The notes under the pieces were generated by a model. That model was given only the letters and a program-made list of their open reading frames with translations, was not told where the DNA came from and did not search any database. Positions 44,359-53,096 of a DNA stretch of 64,000 bases are shown here, one piece after another. A program made the position numbers and the translations under genes. Positions within the stretch are counted from its first letter, which is position 1. Every line of letters starts with the position of its first letter. The stretch comes from Gaiellaceae bacterium (GTDB lineage: Bacteria > Actinomycetota > Thermoleophilia > Gaiellales > Gaiellaceae). Where the stretch lies: the NCBI GenBank assembly GCA_036824055.1, contig DAITAW010000004.1, positions 2,114 to 66,113 on the forward strand, read 5' to 3'.

Positions 44359-45393
44359 CTATCTGTCTCCCGCGGAAAGGAACCAGAGCACGACGCCCCC
44401 GTAGACGGCGATCAGGAGCGCCCCCTCCCAGCGGCGCGCGCGGCCGTCGCGGATCACGAAGCCGACGAAGAGCGCCGCTGCGCCCATGGCGATCAGCTCG
44501 ATCGGGCGAAACGCAAGCGACAGCGGGTGCGCGAAGGCGAAGGACGCGAGGGTGACGATCGGGATGACCAGCAGGCCGACCTGGGCGCTCGAGGAGATCG
44601 CGATCTCGGTCGCGAGCTTCATCTTCCCGCGTCTGGCGATCACGACGGCGCCCCCGTGTTCTGCGGCATTGCCGACGATCGCCACGATCACCACTGCGAT
44701 GAAGAACTCGGAGAGGTTCGCGGCCTTCGCGAAGGCCTGAAGCGAGTGGATGAGGATCTCGCTGATCACCGCAGTCGCCACGGTGGCCCCTCCAAGGGCG
44801 ACGAGGCAGGTCCGCAGGCTCCAGCCGCTCGTGTTGGTGACCTCATGTGCGGGACGACGCCGGAGGTCGACGATCGTGACGACGAGGTAGAGGGCGAGGA
44901 GCACGATTGCGGGGCCGATGCTGAGCAACGCGAGGGAATGGCGATTCGGGTTGCCGTGCCAGCCGGGGACGGACGGGATCAGCAGCAGCACCACCGCGAT
45001 GAAGACGAGACCGAGCTGCCCCAACAATGAGGAACGGTCGAGCTCCGCGTTGTCCTTGCCGAGAATGAGCGCCGCGCCGAGCACGAGCAGGATGTTCGAG
45101 ACGATGCTGCCCGCCATCGAGCCGCGCACGACGTCGGGCAGATTGTCGGAGACGGCGATCAGGGCGATGATGAGCTCGGGCGCGTTTCCGAAGCTCGCGT
45201 TCAGCAGGCCGCCGATGCGCGCACCCGTGTGTTCTCCCGCCTGTTCGGTTGCTTCCCCGATCAGCCAGGCCAGGGGCACGAGCGAGAGCGCGGCGAGCAC
45301 GAACAGGGCCGTCCTGTCCGGATGGACCAGGACATCGAGGAGCATCGTGATCGGAGCGAGCGCAAGCGAGGCCCACAGGAGTCGTCGCGCCAA
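44359..45393 (-). CDS. cax: Ca2+/H+ antiporter (CaCA family, ChaA/CAX-type)
   Basis: Two alpha-repeat signatures GNAPELI and GNAAEH, and about 11 TM segments. Confidence 0.8.
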   Translation of the reverse strand: MARRLLWASLALAPITMLLDVLVHPDRTALFVLAALSLVPLAWLIGEATEQAGEHTGARIGGLLNASFGNAPELIIALIAVSDNLPDVVRGSMAGSIVSNILLVLGAALILGKDNAELDRSSLLGQLGLVFIAVVLLLIPSVPGWHGNPNRHSLALLSIGPAIVLLALYLVVTIVDLRRRPAHEVTNTSGWSLRTCLVALGGATVATAVISEILIHSLQAFAKAANLSEFFIAVVIVAIVGNAAEHGGAVVIARRGKMKLATEIAISSSAQVGLLVIPIVTLASFAFAHPLSLAFRPIELIAMGAAALFVGFVIRDGRARRWEGALLIAVYGGVVLWFLSAGDR

Positions 45394-45434
45394 GGAGACT
45401 TAGCCTAGCGCTCCCTAGCTGATCGACGGCCCGC

Positions 45435-45905
45435 ATGTCAAGTCTTGCGGAGGCTGCTTTCCGGTACGACAATTCCAACATGCAACCACCGGCCGAGCGC
45501 CTCGAGGCACTGACCGTCACGGAGCTGCCGCTCCGGCCTCAGGACGAGCTGGAGTGCCGCAGGTGCGAGGTGCACTGCGACAAAGTGGTCTACCCGTCCG
45601 CCTGCGTCGAGCGCGCGTGCCCGTTCATGTACGCGTATGAGGAGTTCGGGCACACCTACATCGGGTGCATGCAGCGCGTGTACGGCGTCGAGATCGATCT
45701 GGAGATGCTGAGAGAAGCCGAGGCGCGCAGCGAAGGGTTTGGCGCGATGCGCACGACGCGTGCGCCGCTCCCGATGTGCAGCGTCGAGGTCGAGGAGTGC
45801 TACGGCTCGGGGCGCTCCGGCGAGCTTGGCTGCGTGAACCCGGAATTCCACGAGCTCCCGGTGGGCTCGCCGTCGTTCAAGGTCTTCGCTCAGCTAGCGG
45901 ACTGA
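45435..45905 (+). CDS. Hypothetical cysteine-rich protein
   Basis: Cys clusters CRRCEVHC, ACVERACPF, GC, MC, EC and GC. No family recognised. The start could be the internal ATG (MQPPAERL). Confidence 0.45.
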   Translation: MSSLAEAAFRYDNSNMQPPAERLEALTVTELPLRPQDELECRRCEVHCDKVVYPSACVERACPFMYAYEEFGHTYIGCMQRVYGVEIDLEMLREAEARSEGFGAMRTTRAPLPMCSVEVEECYGSGRSGELGCVNPEFHELPVGSPSFKVFAQLAD

Positions 45906-47088
45906 GCAGGGCGTAGCCCACGAGCGGGCTGAGCGCCGCCAGCGCGAAGGCGAGCCGCCAGGACGCGTGGTGGACGACGGTTGCGAACGCGACCGGAGCG
46001 ACGATGGCGCCCGCAGCGAGAAAGGTCTGCTGCAACCCGATCGCGACGCCGCTGCGGGCCCGCCCTGCAGCCTCCGCCGCCGCGGCGAACGAGAGCCCGT
46101 TCCAGGACAGTCCGAACGTCCCGGCGACGACGAGGGCCGCCACGACGATCCACGTCGGCGCAGCTACGAGCGCCGCGGTGATTCCGACCGTGAACGCGAG
46201 GCCGAGTGCAACCCAGCGCAGCGGAACGATCCGCAGGCGTAACCGGTCCGACAGCCGGCCCAAGGCGATCCGCGCGACGCCGCCGAAGACCTGCGTGACG
46301 GCGAGCGCTCCGGCAGCCACTCCGGTCGACACGCCCCGCCGGTCGTGGAGGAAGAGCACGAAGAAGGCAAGCAGGCTGATCTGCGTCGCGACGTAGAACA
46401 AACTCGCGGTACAGATCCGCCAGACCCGAGGATCGCGCAAGGGACGAGCGTGCACGGAGTGCTCCTCGGCGGGCTCGAGCCGCAAGAGCACGCCGCCGAC
46501 CACCGCAGCCGCGAGACAGGCTGCCGCCAATCCGTCGAACGCCGCCCGCAGACTGATCTGCTGATCGAGCACCGGGAGGACGACGGCGGCAACGGCTCCG
46601 CCGAGCGGCGTCGCCATCTGGCGAATGCCGAGCGCAAGCCCGCGCTCATCTTTGCCGAACCATGCCATGACTGCGCGCCCACTCGCTGCGTTGACGCCCG
46701 CGCCAAGTGCTCCGACCAAGGCCAGGGCGCCGACGAGCTCTCTGTACGAGGACGCGTACGCCGCCCACACGAGTGCCGCGGCCGTCCCGGACTGTCCGAT
46801 GGCGATCACAGCACGCTCGCCGATCCGGTCGGCCACGATCCCCCAGAGCAGCATCGTCGCGAGCGAGCCGAAGTTGATCGCCGCGAGCACCACGCCGACC
46901 TGGGTCAAGCTGAGGTTGTAGTGGTCGCGGATCGCCGGGGCGATCGCCGCGAGCCCGAGTAGGATCGCCGAGAACGCTCCCTGCGCCAGGACCCCGGCGG
47001 ACAGGATCGTCCAGCGGTACCTAGGTGGTTGCGCGGGCGTGGAGCTCACGCAGCTTGCGGATCTCGTCGGCGTTCGGGCCCTTGCCAT
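45877..47088 (-). CDS. MFS transporter
   Basis: About 12 hydrophobic segments and the loop motif GIVADRIGER. The listed start overlaps nfo by 68 nt, so the true start is probably downstream. Confidence 0.7.
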   Translation of the reverse strand: MARARTPTRSASCVSSTPAQPPRYRWTILSAGVLAQGAFSAILLGLAAIAPAIRDHYNLSLTQVGVVLAAINFGSLATMLLWGIVADRIGERAVIAIGQSGTAAALVWAAYASSYRELVGALALVGALGAGVNAASGRAVMAWFGKDERGLALGIRQMATPLGGAVAAVVLPVLDQQISLRAAFDGLAAACLAAAVVGGVLLRLEPAEEHSVHARPLRDPRVWRICTASLFYVATQISLLAFFVLFLHDRRGVSTGVAAGALAVTQVFGGVARIALGRLSDRLRLRIVPLRWVALGLAFTVGITAALVAAPTWIVVAALVVAGTFGLSWNGLSFAAAAEAAGRARSGVAIGLQQTFLAAGAIVAPVAFATVVHHASWRLAFALAALSPLVGYALLSPLAERRP

Positions 47089-47863
47089 CGGCCCCGGGCA
47101 CCTCCAGGACGACGGGGAGCGCCTGCAGCTTCGGGTGCGCGAGAAAGACGCCGAGGCCCTCGCCGATCAGCCCTTCACCGATGTTGTCGTGACGGTCGCG
47201 ATTCGATCCGAGCGGCGCCTTTGCATCGTTCGCGTGCAGTGCGCGGACGCGGTCGAGCCCGATGCGGCTGTCGAGGTCCTCCAGGAGCGCATTCCACGTC
47301 GCCGGGTCGGTGACGTCCACGCCGGAGACGAAGAGATGGCACGAGTCGAGACAGACGCCGAAACGCTCGTGCCGTCCGAGTGCGTCGAAGATCGCTGCGA
47401 GCTCGTCGATGGAGCGACCGATCGTCCCACCGGCGCCGGCGGAGTTTTCCATCAGCAGCCAGGTTCGCTCGTTGCAGCGCTCGAGCACCTGCTCGAGCGC
47501 GGGCACGACGCGCCCGAGACCGGTCTCGAAGCCCGCACCGAGATGAGAGCCGACGTGGAAGACCACTGCCTCCGCATCGAGCGCGCAGGCTGTGTCGACG
47601 GTCGCGCGCATCGTGTCGACGCTCTTCGAGTAGATCGCCTCATCCGGGGCAGCGAGATTCACGAGGTAGAGCGCGTGAACCAGCACCGGAACACCCGTCT
47701 CCGCCCGTTTCGACCTGAACGCCTCGAGAACGGCGGGGTCGTGCGCGGGGAACCGCCACGTGCGCGGGCTCTGGACGAACAGCTGCACGACCTCTGCGCC
47801 CATTGCCGCTCCGTTGTCGAGCGCCTGCTTCACACCTCCGGAACAGTGGGCCCCGAATAGCAC
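47021..47863 (-). CDS. nfo: Deoxyribonuclease IV (endonuclease IV)
   Basis: FGAH..., VQLFVQSPR, VVFHVGSH, LLMENSAG, VCLDSCHLF and HANDAK metal-ligand motifs. Confidence 0.9.
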   Translation of the reverse strand: MLFGAHCSGGVKQALDNGAAMGAEVVQLFVQSPRTWRFPAHDPAVLEAFRSKRAETGVPVLVHALYLVNLAAPDEAIYSKSVDTMRATVDTACALDAEAVVFHVGSHLGAGFETGLGRVVPALEQVLERCNERTWLLMENSAGAGGTIGRSIDELAAIFDALGRHERFGVCLDSCHLFVSGVDVTDPATWNALLEDLDSRIGLDRVRALHANDAKAPLGSNRDRHDNIGEGLIGEGLGVFLAHPKLQALPVVLEVPGADGKGPNADEIRKLRELHARATT

Positions 47864-47880
47864 GCCAGTAACCTAACGGT

Positions 47881-49149
47881 GTGCCCGTTCGCGTCCGCAT
47901 GGCTCCGAGCCCGACCGGCTTCCTGCACATCGGGAATGTTCGGACGGCGCTCTTCAACTGGCTGTTCGCCCGGAACAGGAGCGGGGAGTTTCGCCTGCGG
48001 ATCGAGAACACCGATACCAACCGCGAAGTCGAAGCCGCGACTCAGCAGATTCAGGACTCGTTGCGCTGGCTCGGGCTCGACTGGGACGGCGAGGTCACCT
48101 TCCAGCTCGACCGGTTGCCGGAATCCGCCGAGGTCGCGCGCCGCCTCGTCGACGAAGGCAAGGCCTACGAAGACGAGGGTGCGATCCGTTTCCGCATGCC
48201 GGACGAAGGTGTCACAGCCTGGGACGACGCGGTGCGAGGGCGCATCGAGTTTCCGAATGAGAAGCTCGAGGATGTCGTCCTCGTCCGCTCGGACGGCCGC
48301 CCGACGTATAACTTCGCCTCGCCGCTGGAGGACGTGTGGGACGAGATCACGCACGTGATCCGGGGTGAGGACCACATCTCGAACACGCCGAAGCAGATCA
48401 ACATCATCCGTGCCCTCGGGGTCGAACCACCTGTTTACGCGCATGTTTCGCACGTGCTCGGCCCGGACGGCAAGAGCCTCTCGAAGCGTCACGGCTCGGT
48501 GACGGTCGACGAGTTCCGCCAGGCCGGCTACTACGCGCCGGCGTTGCTGAACTTCCTCGCGCTCCTGGGCTGGAGCTACGACGACAAGACGACGATCATG
48601 TCCCGTGACGAGTTGATCGAGCGGTTCAGCCTCGACCGCGTCGTCTCGAGCCCCGCGACGTTCGACTACGAGAAGCTCGACTGGCTGAACGGGATGTATC
48701 TGCGGGCGCTCTCACCGGACGAGTACGCAGGCGAGCTCGTGCGCTTTCTCCGCGACGAGGGCTATGGCTGGGACGAGACGCTGATCCGGCGTGCTGCGCC
48801 GATCGTGCAGGAAAAGATCGAGCGCTTCGGACAGTTCCCAGACTTCGCGGGTTTCCTGTTCCGCGAGATCGATCCCGATCCGGCACTGCTGAACGGCGCG
48901 GCACCCGTCGTCACTGCCGCGCGGGACGAGCTCGAGCGCGTCGACCCGTTCGCCGCGTCCGAGATCGAGGCGGCGCTGCGCGGCGTGGCCGAGCGGCTCG
49001 AGCTGTCGCCGCGCAAGGCGTTCGAGCCGATCCGCATCGGGGTCACCGGCTCGAAGGTCTCGCCTGGGCTATTCGAGAGCCTCGAGTTGCTGGGGAAGGA
49101 AGAGACGCTTCGGCGTCTCAGTGTTGCTGCCGACCGCGCAGCGGCTTAG
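47881..49149 (+). CDS. gltX: Glutamate--tRNA ligase
   Basis: VRVRMAPSPTGFLHIGN (HIGH motif), IRGEDHISNTPKQ and the KMSKS equivalent SLSKRHG. Confidence 0.9.
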   Translation: MPVRVRMAPSPTGFLHIGNVRTALFNWLFARNRSGEFRLRIENTDTNREVEAATQQIQDSLRWLGLDWDGEVTFQLDRLPESAEVARRLVDEGKAYEDEGAIRFRMPDEGVTAWDDAVRGRIEFPNEKLEDVVLVRSDGRPTYNFASPLEDVWDEITHVIRGEDHISNTPKQINIIRALGVEPPVYAHVSHVLGPDGKSLSKRHGSVTVDEFRQAGYYAPALLNFLALLGWSYDDKTTIMSRDELIERFSLDRVVSSPATFDYEKLDWLNGMYLRALSPDEYAGELVRFLRDEGYGWDETLIRRAAPIVQEKIERFGQFPDFAGFLFREIDPDPALLNGAAPVVTAARDELERVDPFAASEIEAALRGVAERLELSPRKAFEPIRIGVTGSKVSPGLFESLELLGKEETLRRLSVAADRAAA

Positions 49150-49348
49150 GTTTCGCGAGCGGATCGAGTGCGCGCTGAAATGCAAGCCAGGACCGCATCC
49201 TGAAGAGGGGTGAAGCCCGTGGGATACGGGCCGAGGCGCGATCAAGCTCGCGCTCGAGATCATCCCGGTTGTGGCCGCAATCCTTTCTCACTTTCAAGTA
49301 GTAAACGAATTCTGAACGGATCGAGTTACGCGTACACTGGCGGCCGCG

Positions 49349-49729
49349 GTGGACTCGCCCAGCCACACCGTGCTCGTCGTCGACGACGATGCAGCCATCC
49401 GTTTTCTCTGTCGCGTGAACCTGGAGCTCGACGGTTGGACCGTGCACGAAGCCAATGCAATCGAGCAGGCGCGCGAGACCCTCGGCTCGGCTCCGGTCGA
49501 CCTCGTTCTGCTCGACGTCCACGTTGGTGTCGAGAGCGGTCTCGACTTCATCGCTGAGATCCGCGAGCGCAAGCCAGGCGTCCCCGTCGTGCTGCTCACC
49601 GGCTCGGTCGGGTCGCCGGGTCTCGAAGGAGTCGATGCCGATGCGGTCATCTCGAAGCCTTTCACGCTCGACGAGCTGACCGGCACCCTCGGCAGGCTCG
49701 TCCTTGGCCGAGGCTCCGAGGCTGGATAG
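49349..49729 (+). CDS. Stand-alone response-regulator receiver (CheY-like) protein
   Basis: VLVVDDD, phospho-acceptor context DLVLLDVHV, LLTGS and SKPF motifs. No output domain. Confidence 0.8.
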   Translation: MDSPSHTVLVVDDDAAIRFLCRVNLELDGWTVHEANAIEQARETLGSAPVDLVLLDVHVGVESGLDFIAEIRERKPGVPVVLLTGSVGSPGLEGVDADAVISKPFTLDELTGTLGRLVLGRGSEAG

Positions 49730-49739
49730 AGTTATCGAG

Positions 49740-51248
49740 ATGTCGACCACGGCGGTGCGCAGTCCCGCGGAGTTCGAGGAACAGCTCCAGCGGTACCTCT
49801 ACGAACGGTCCGAAGAGGGGCGAGCCGTCCGCGTCGGCGAGAAAGAGGTGTCGGAACAGGCCGCGATCGTGGCGCGGTATGCCGACCTCTTCAGCCGTGA
49901 CCAGTTGCGCGCGCTGCGTGACGAGGAGGCTCGAGCCGACGCCGACCAGCGCGAGTGGCTCTACCGGCTCCGCAAGACCTGCGAGAGCGGGCTGATCGCG
50001 GCTGAGCTCGCGGAGAAGGATGACGAGCTCGAGAACGAGATCCTCGCCGCTCGGCTCGACTTCAAAGGCGAGGAGCTTCCTCTTCGCTCCGCACTGGCGA
50101 CTCTCGCGATCGTCTCCGACTACGGGGAGCGAGACGAGCTGGGCGAGTTGTACCGGCGTAGGTCGGCCGACTTCAACGAGCAGCGGCTCGAGCTGCTGCA
50201 GGCGTACGAGGAGCTCGAGGCGGACCTGACGGAAGAGCCCGACCCGGTGGCGCGAAGCGAAGAGGAGAAGCAGGTCTCGCTTCGAGAGCTGGAAGCCGTT
50301 CTGGTGGCAGCGAGCAACGAGATCGAGGGTCGCTATATCGCACTGCGCGAGCGCTGGTTCGAGCGGCTGCTAGGCCCGGATCGCGAAGAGCAGCCTTCGT
50401 CGGCCCACATGGGTTACGTCCGCCGCCTCTCGCCGCTCGACTCGACCTACACCAAGGAGCGCGCGACGGAGGTCTGTCTGGCGACGCTCACGGCGCTCGG
50501 CTTCGATCTCGCCGCGGACCGCAACATCCGCCTCGACCTCGACGACAGGCCGCAGAAGTCTCCGCGCGCCTGCGTGATCGCCTCCGATCCGCCGCACGTG
50601 GTCCACCTGATCACCCGCGCGCAAGGCGGGCTGCACGACTATCAGGCTTTCCTGCACGAGGCCGGCCACGCTCTCCACTACGCGGGTGTCGATCCGAATC
50701 TGCCCTACACCTTCCGGAGGCTCTCGAGAGATCACGCGCTGACCGAGATCTACTCGTACATCTGCGAGGCGATCACCCGCGAGCCGGCGTGGCACGCCGA
50801 GCACTTCGGGCTCCCGGACGAGGACGCGCGTACGAATGCCGAAGCGACGACCTTCCTCGAGGCGCTGCTCTTCCGGCGCTACACCGCCAAGCTCCAGTTC
50901 GAGCTCGGCTTCTGGTCGGACTTCGATCGCGCCGGCCCCACGAGCGACGATTATTCGCAGCGGCTGACCGCAGCGACCGGCATCCGCTATGCGAAGGACA
51001 GTCATCTCTCCGACATGGACGCCGGCTTCTATTCGGCGGACTACTTGCGCGCCTGGATCCGCCACGCACAGCTGCGCGCCTACCTCATCGACGAGGTCGG
51101 AGAGGACTGGTGGCGGAGCGCCCGGACGGGAGAGCTCCTGCGCAACCTCTTCGCGGAGGGGACGAGGCCCTCCAGCGAGGAGATCGCGGGGCGGCTCGGC
51201 TTCGAGCCTTACGACACGGCTCCCCTCGTCGGCGACTTGACCCACTAG
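49740..51248 (+). CDS. M3-like (oligoendopeptidase F-type) zinc metallopeptidase
   Basis: HEAGHALH matches the M3 HExGHxxH signature, with a downstream Glu (ALTEIYS). Start at MSTTAV (49740). Confidence 0.6.
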   Translation: MSTTAVRSPAEFEEQLQRYLYERSEEGRAVRVGEKEVSEQAAIVARYADLFSRDQLRALRDEEARADADQREWLYRLRKTCESGLIAAELAEKDDELENEILAARLDFKGEELPLRSALATLAIVSDYGERDELGELYRRRSADFNEQRLELLQAYEELEADLTEEPDPVARSEEEKQVSLRELEAVLVAASNEIEGRYIALRERWFERLLGPDREEQPSSAHMGYVRRLSPLDSTYTKERATEVCLATLTALGFDLAADRNIRLDLDDRPQKSPRACVIASDPPHVVHLITRAQGGLHDYQAFLHEAGHALHYAGVDPNLPYTFRRLSRDHALTEIYSYICEAITREPAWHAEHFGLPDEDARTNAEATTFLEALLFRRYTAKLQFELGFWSDFDRAGPTSDDYSQRLTAATGIRYAKDSHLSDMDAGFYSADYLRAWIRHAQLRAYLIDEVGEDWWRSARTGELLRNLFAEGTRPSSEEIAGRLGFEPYDTAPLVGDLTH

Positions 51249-51251
51249 TAC

Positions 51252-52934
51252 GTGCGCTCCGTCGCGTACGACCATTTCTACGCGTACGACGAGCTGACGG
51301 ACACGCTGCGCACGTGGGCGGAGGAAGTGCCGAACCTCTGTGCGCTCGAATCCATCGGCAAGTCATACGAGGGTCGCGACATCTGGCTCGTCACGATCAC
51401 GAACAGCGAGACCGGCGCTCACGTCGACAAACCGGGGTTCCTGATCGAGGCCAACATCCATTCGATGGAGTGGACCGGGTGCACCGCGGCGCTGCACCTC
51501 ATCCATCGGCTCCTGGCCGGGCACGGCACCGACGATCTCGTCACGCGCGCGCTCGACACGCGTGTCTTCTACGTCATCCCCCGGTTGAACCCGGACGGCG
51601 CCGAACTGGGCCTCCAGCAGCGGCGGTTCATCCGCTCGAGCGTCAGGCCATACCCACGTGAAGATCTAGCGGACGGTCTGCGCGTCGAAGACCTCGACGG
51701 CGACGGGCGCGTGCTCCACATGCGCATCGAGGACCCGAACGGCGCCTGGCATCCCCATCCGGACGAGCGCGAGCTGCTGGTTCGCCGCGAGCCCGTGGAC
51801 TCGGCGGAGGACGGACCGTTCTACAGGCTGCTCACCGAAGGACGCATCGAGAACTACGACGGCGTCACGATCAAGATCCCACCTCCGCTCGAGGGGCTCG
51901 ACTTGAATCGGAACTTCCCCGCCGAGTGGGTCCCCGAGCACGAGCAGCGCGGCGCCGGTCCGTATCCGACCTCCGAGCCAGAGGTACGCGCGATGGTGCA
52001 GGCGGTCACCGAGCGTCCGAACATCACCGGGCACATCGCCTATCACACGTTCAGCGGGGTGCACCTGCGCCCGTACGCGGCACGTTCGGACGACGAGTTT
52101 CCGACACCGGATCTGCGGGCGTACAAGCTGATCGGCGAGCGCGGCACGGAGCTGACGGGCTACCCCGCCGTTTCGGTCTTCCACGACTTCAAGTACGAGC
52201 CGAAGCAGACGATCAAGGGTGGCGCGCACGACTGGATGTACGACCATCTGGGCGTGTTCTCGTGGACGACCGAATTCTGGAGCCCGCAGCGCCAGGCCGG
52301 TCTCTCCGACTACCACTTCACCGACTGGATCAGGGAGCACCCGATCGAGGACGACATGAAACTGCTCCAGTGGGCGAAGAAGACGTATCCGGACGCGTAC
52401 GTCGATTGGTACGAGTTCGAACATCCGGAGCTCGGCAAGGTGGAGCTTGGTGGGTGGGACATCATCAACTACTGGTTCAACGTTCCCTTCGATCGACTGG
52501 AGGACGAGGTCGCGCCGCATACGGAGTGGGCGCTCTTCCATCTCCTCGTCTCGCCGTTGCTCGAGGCGCGTTCGCTCGAGTTCGAGAAGCTCGGGGAGAG
52601 CTCGTTTCTCGTCCGTCTCGTGCTGCAGAACTCGGGTTGGCTGCCGACGAACGTGACGGAGAAAGCTCTGGAGCGGAAGGCCGTTCGGGATCTCGAGGTC
52701 GAGGTCGACTTGCCCGAGGGGACCCGGCTCGTGGGCGGTGAGGTCAAGACGGAGGCCGGACAGCTGAAGGGGCGCGCAGACAAGCGCTCCACCACCTGGT
52801 GGGCGAACGACGAATCCACCGGTGACCTCGTGAAGCTCGAATGGGTCGTCGAAGCGCCTGCCGGAACTGAGATCGGGATCGAAGCCCGGCATCCCCGCGC
52901 CGGCACCGTACGGCGACGCATCACGCTCGAGTAA
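51252..52934 (+). CDS. M14-family zinc carboxypeptidase
   Basis: EANIHSMEWTG (HxxE zinc ligands), DLNRNFP, AYHTFSG. GTG start 1 nt after the stop of the preceding gene. Confidence 0.75.
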   Translation: MRSVAYDHFYAYDELTDTLRTWAEEVPNLCALESIGKSYEGRDIWLVTITNSETGAHVDKPGFLIEANIHSMEWTGCTAALHLIHRLLAGHGTDDLVTRALDTRVFYVIPRLNPDGAELGLQQRRFIRSSVRPYPREDLADGLRVEDLDGDGRVLHMRIEDPNGAWHPHPDERELLVRREPVDSAEDGPFYRLLTEGRIENYDGVTIKIPPPLEGLDLNRNFPAEWVPEHEQRGAGPYPTSEPEVRAMVQAVTERPNITGHIAYHTFSGVHLRPYAARSDDEFPTPDLRAYKLIGERGTELTGYPAVSVFHDFKYEPKQTIKGGAHDWMYDHLGVFSWTTEFWSPQRQAGLSDYHFTDWIREHPIEDDMKLLQWAKKTYPDAYVDWYEFEHPELGKVELGGWDIINYWFNVPFDRLEDEVAPHTEWALFHLLVSPLLEARSLEFEKLGESSFLVRLVLQNSGWLPTNVTEKALERKAVRDLEVEVDLPEGTRLVGGEVKTEAGQLKGRADKRSTTWWANDESTGDLVKLEWVVEAPAGTEIGIEARHPRAGTVRRRITLE

Positions 52935-53096
52935 GGCCGATCCCTCGACCGAGTGATTTCCGCGCCCTCCCCCGGGTGAGGGAGGCCCATGCGCAGGTGC
53001 CGCTCTACGTTGCGAGTCCGACGGAGACCTCGGCGTCTCCCTGGCCTCGACTGCGGCTCCGCGTGTTTGCGCGGGCAAAAGGAGTTTCTTCGAAAA

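Noticed and set aside
51666-53078. 470-aa minus-strand ORF opposite the M14 carboxypeptidase
   Set aside because: It is a shadow ORF with Arg/Leu/Val-rich composition.
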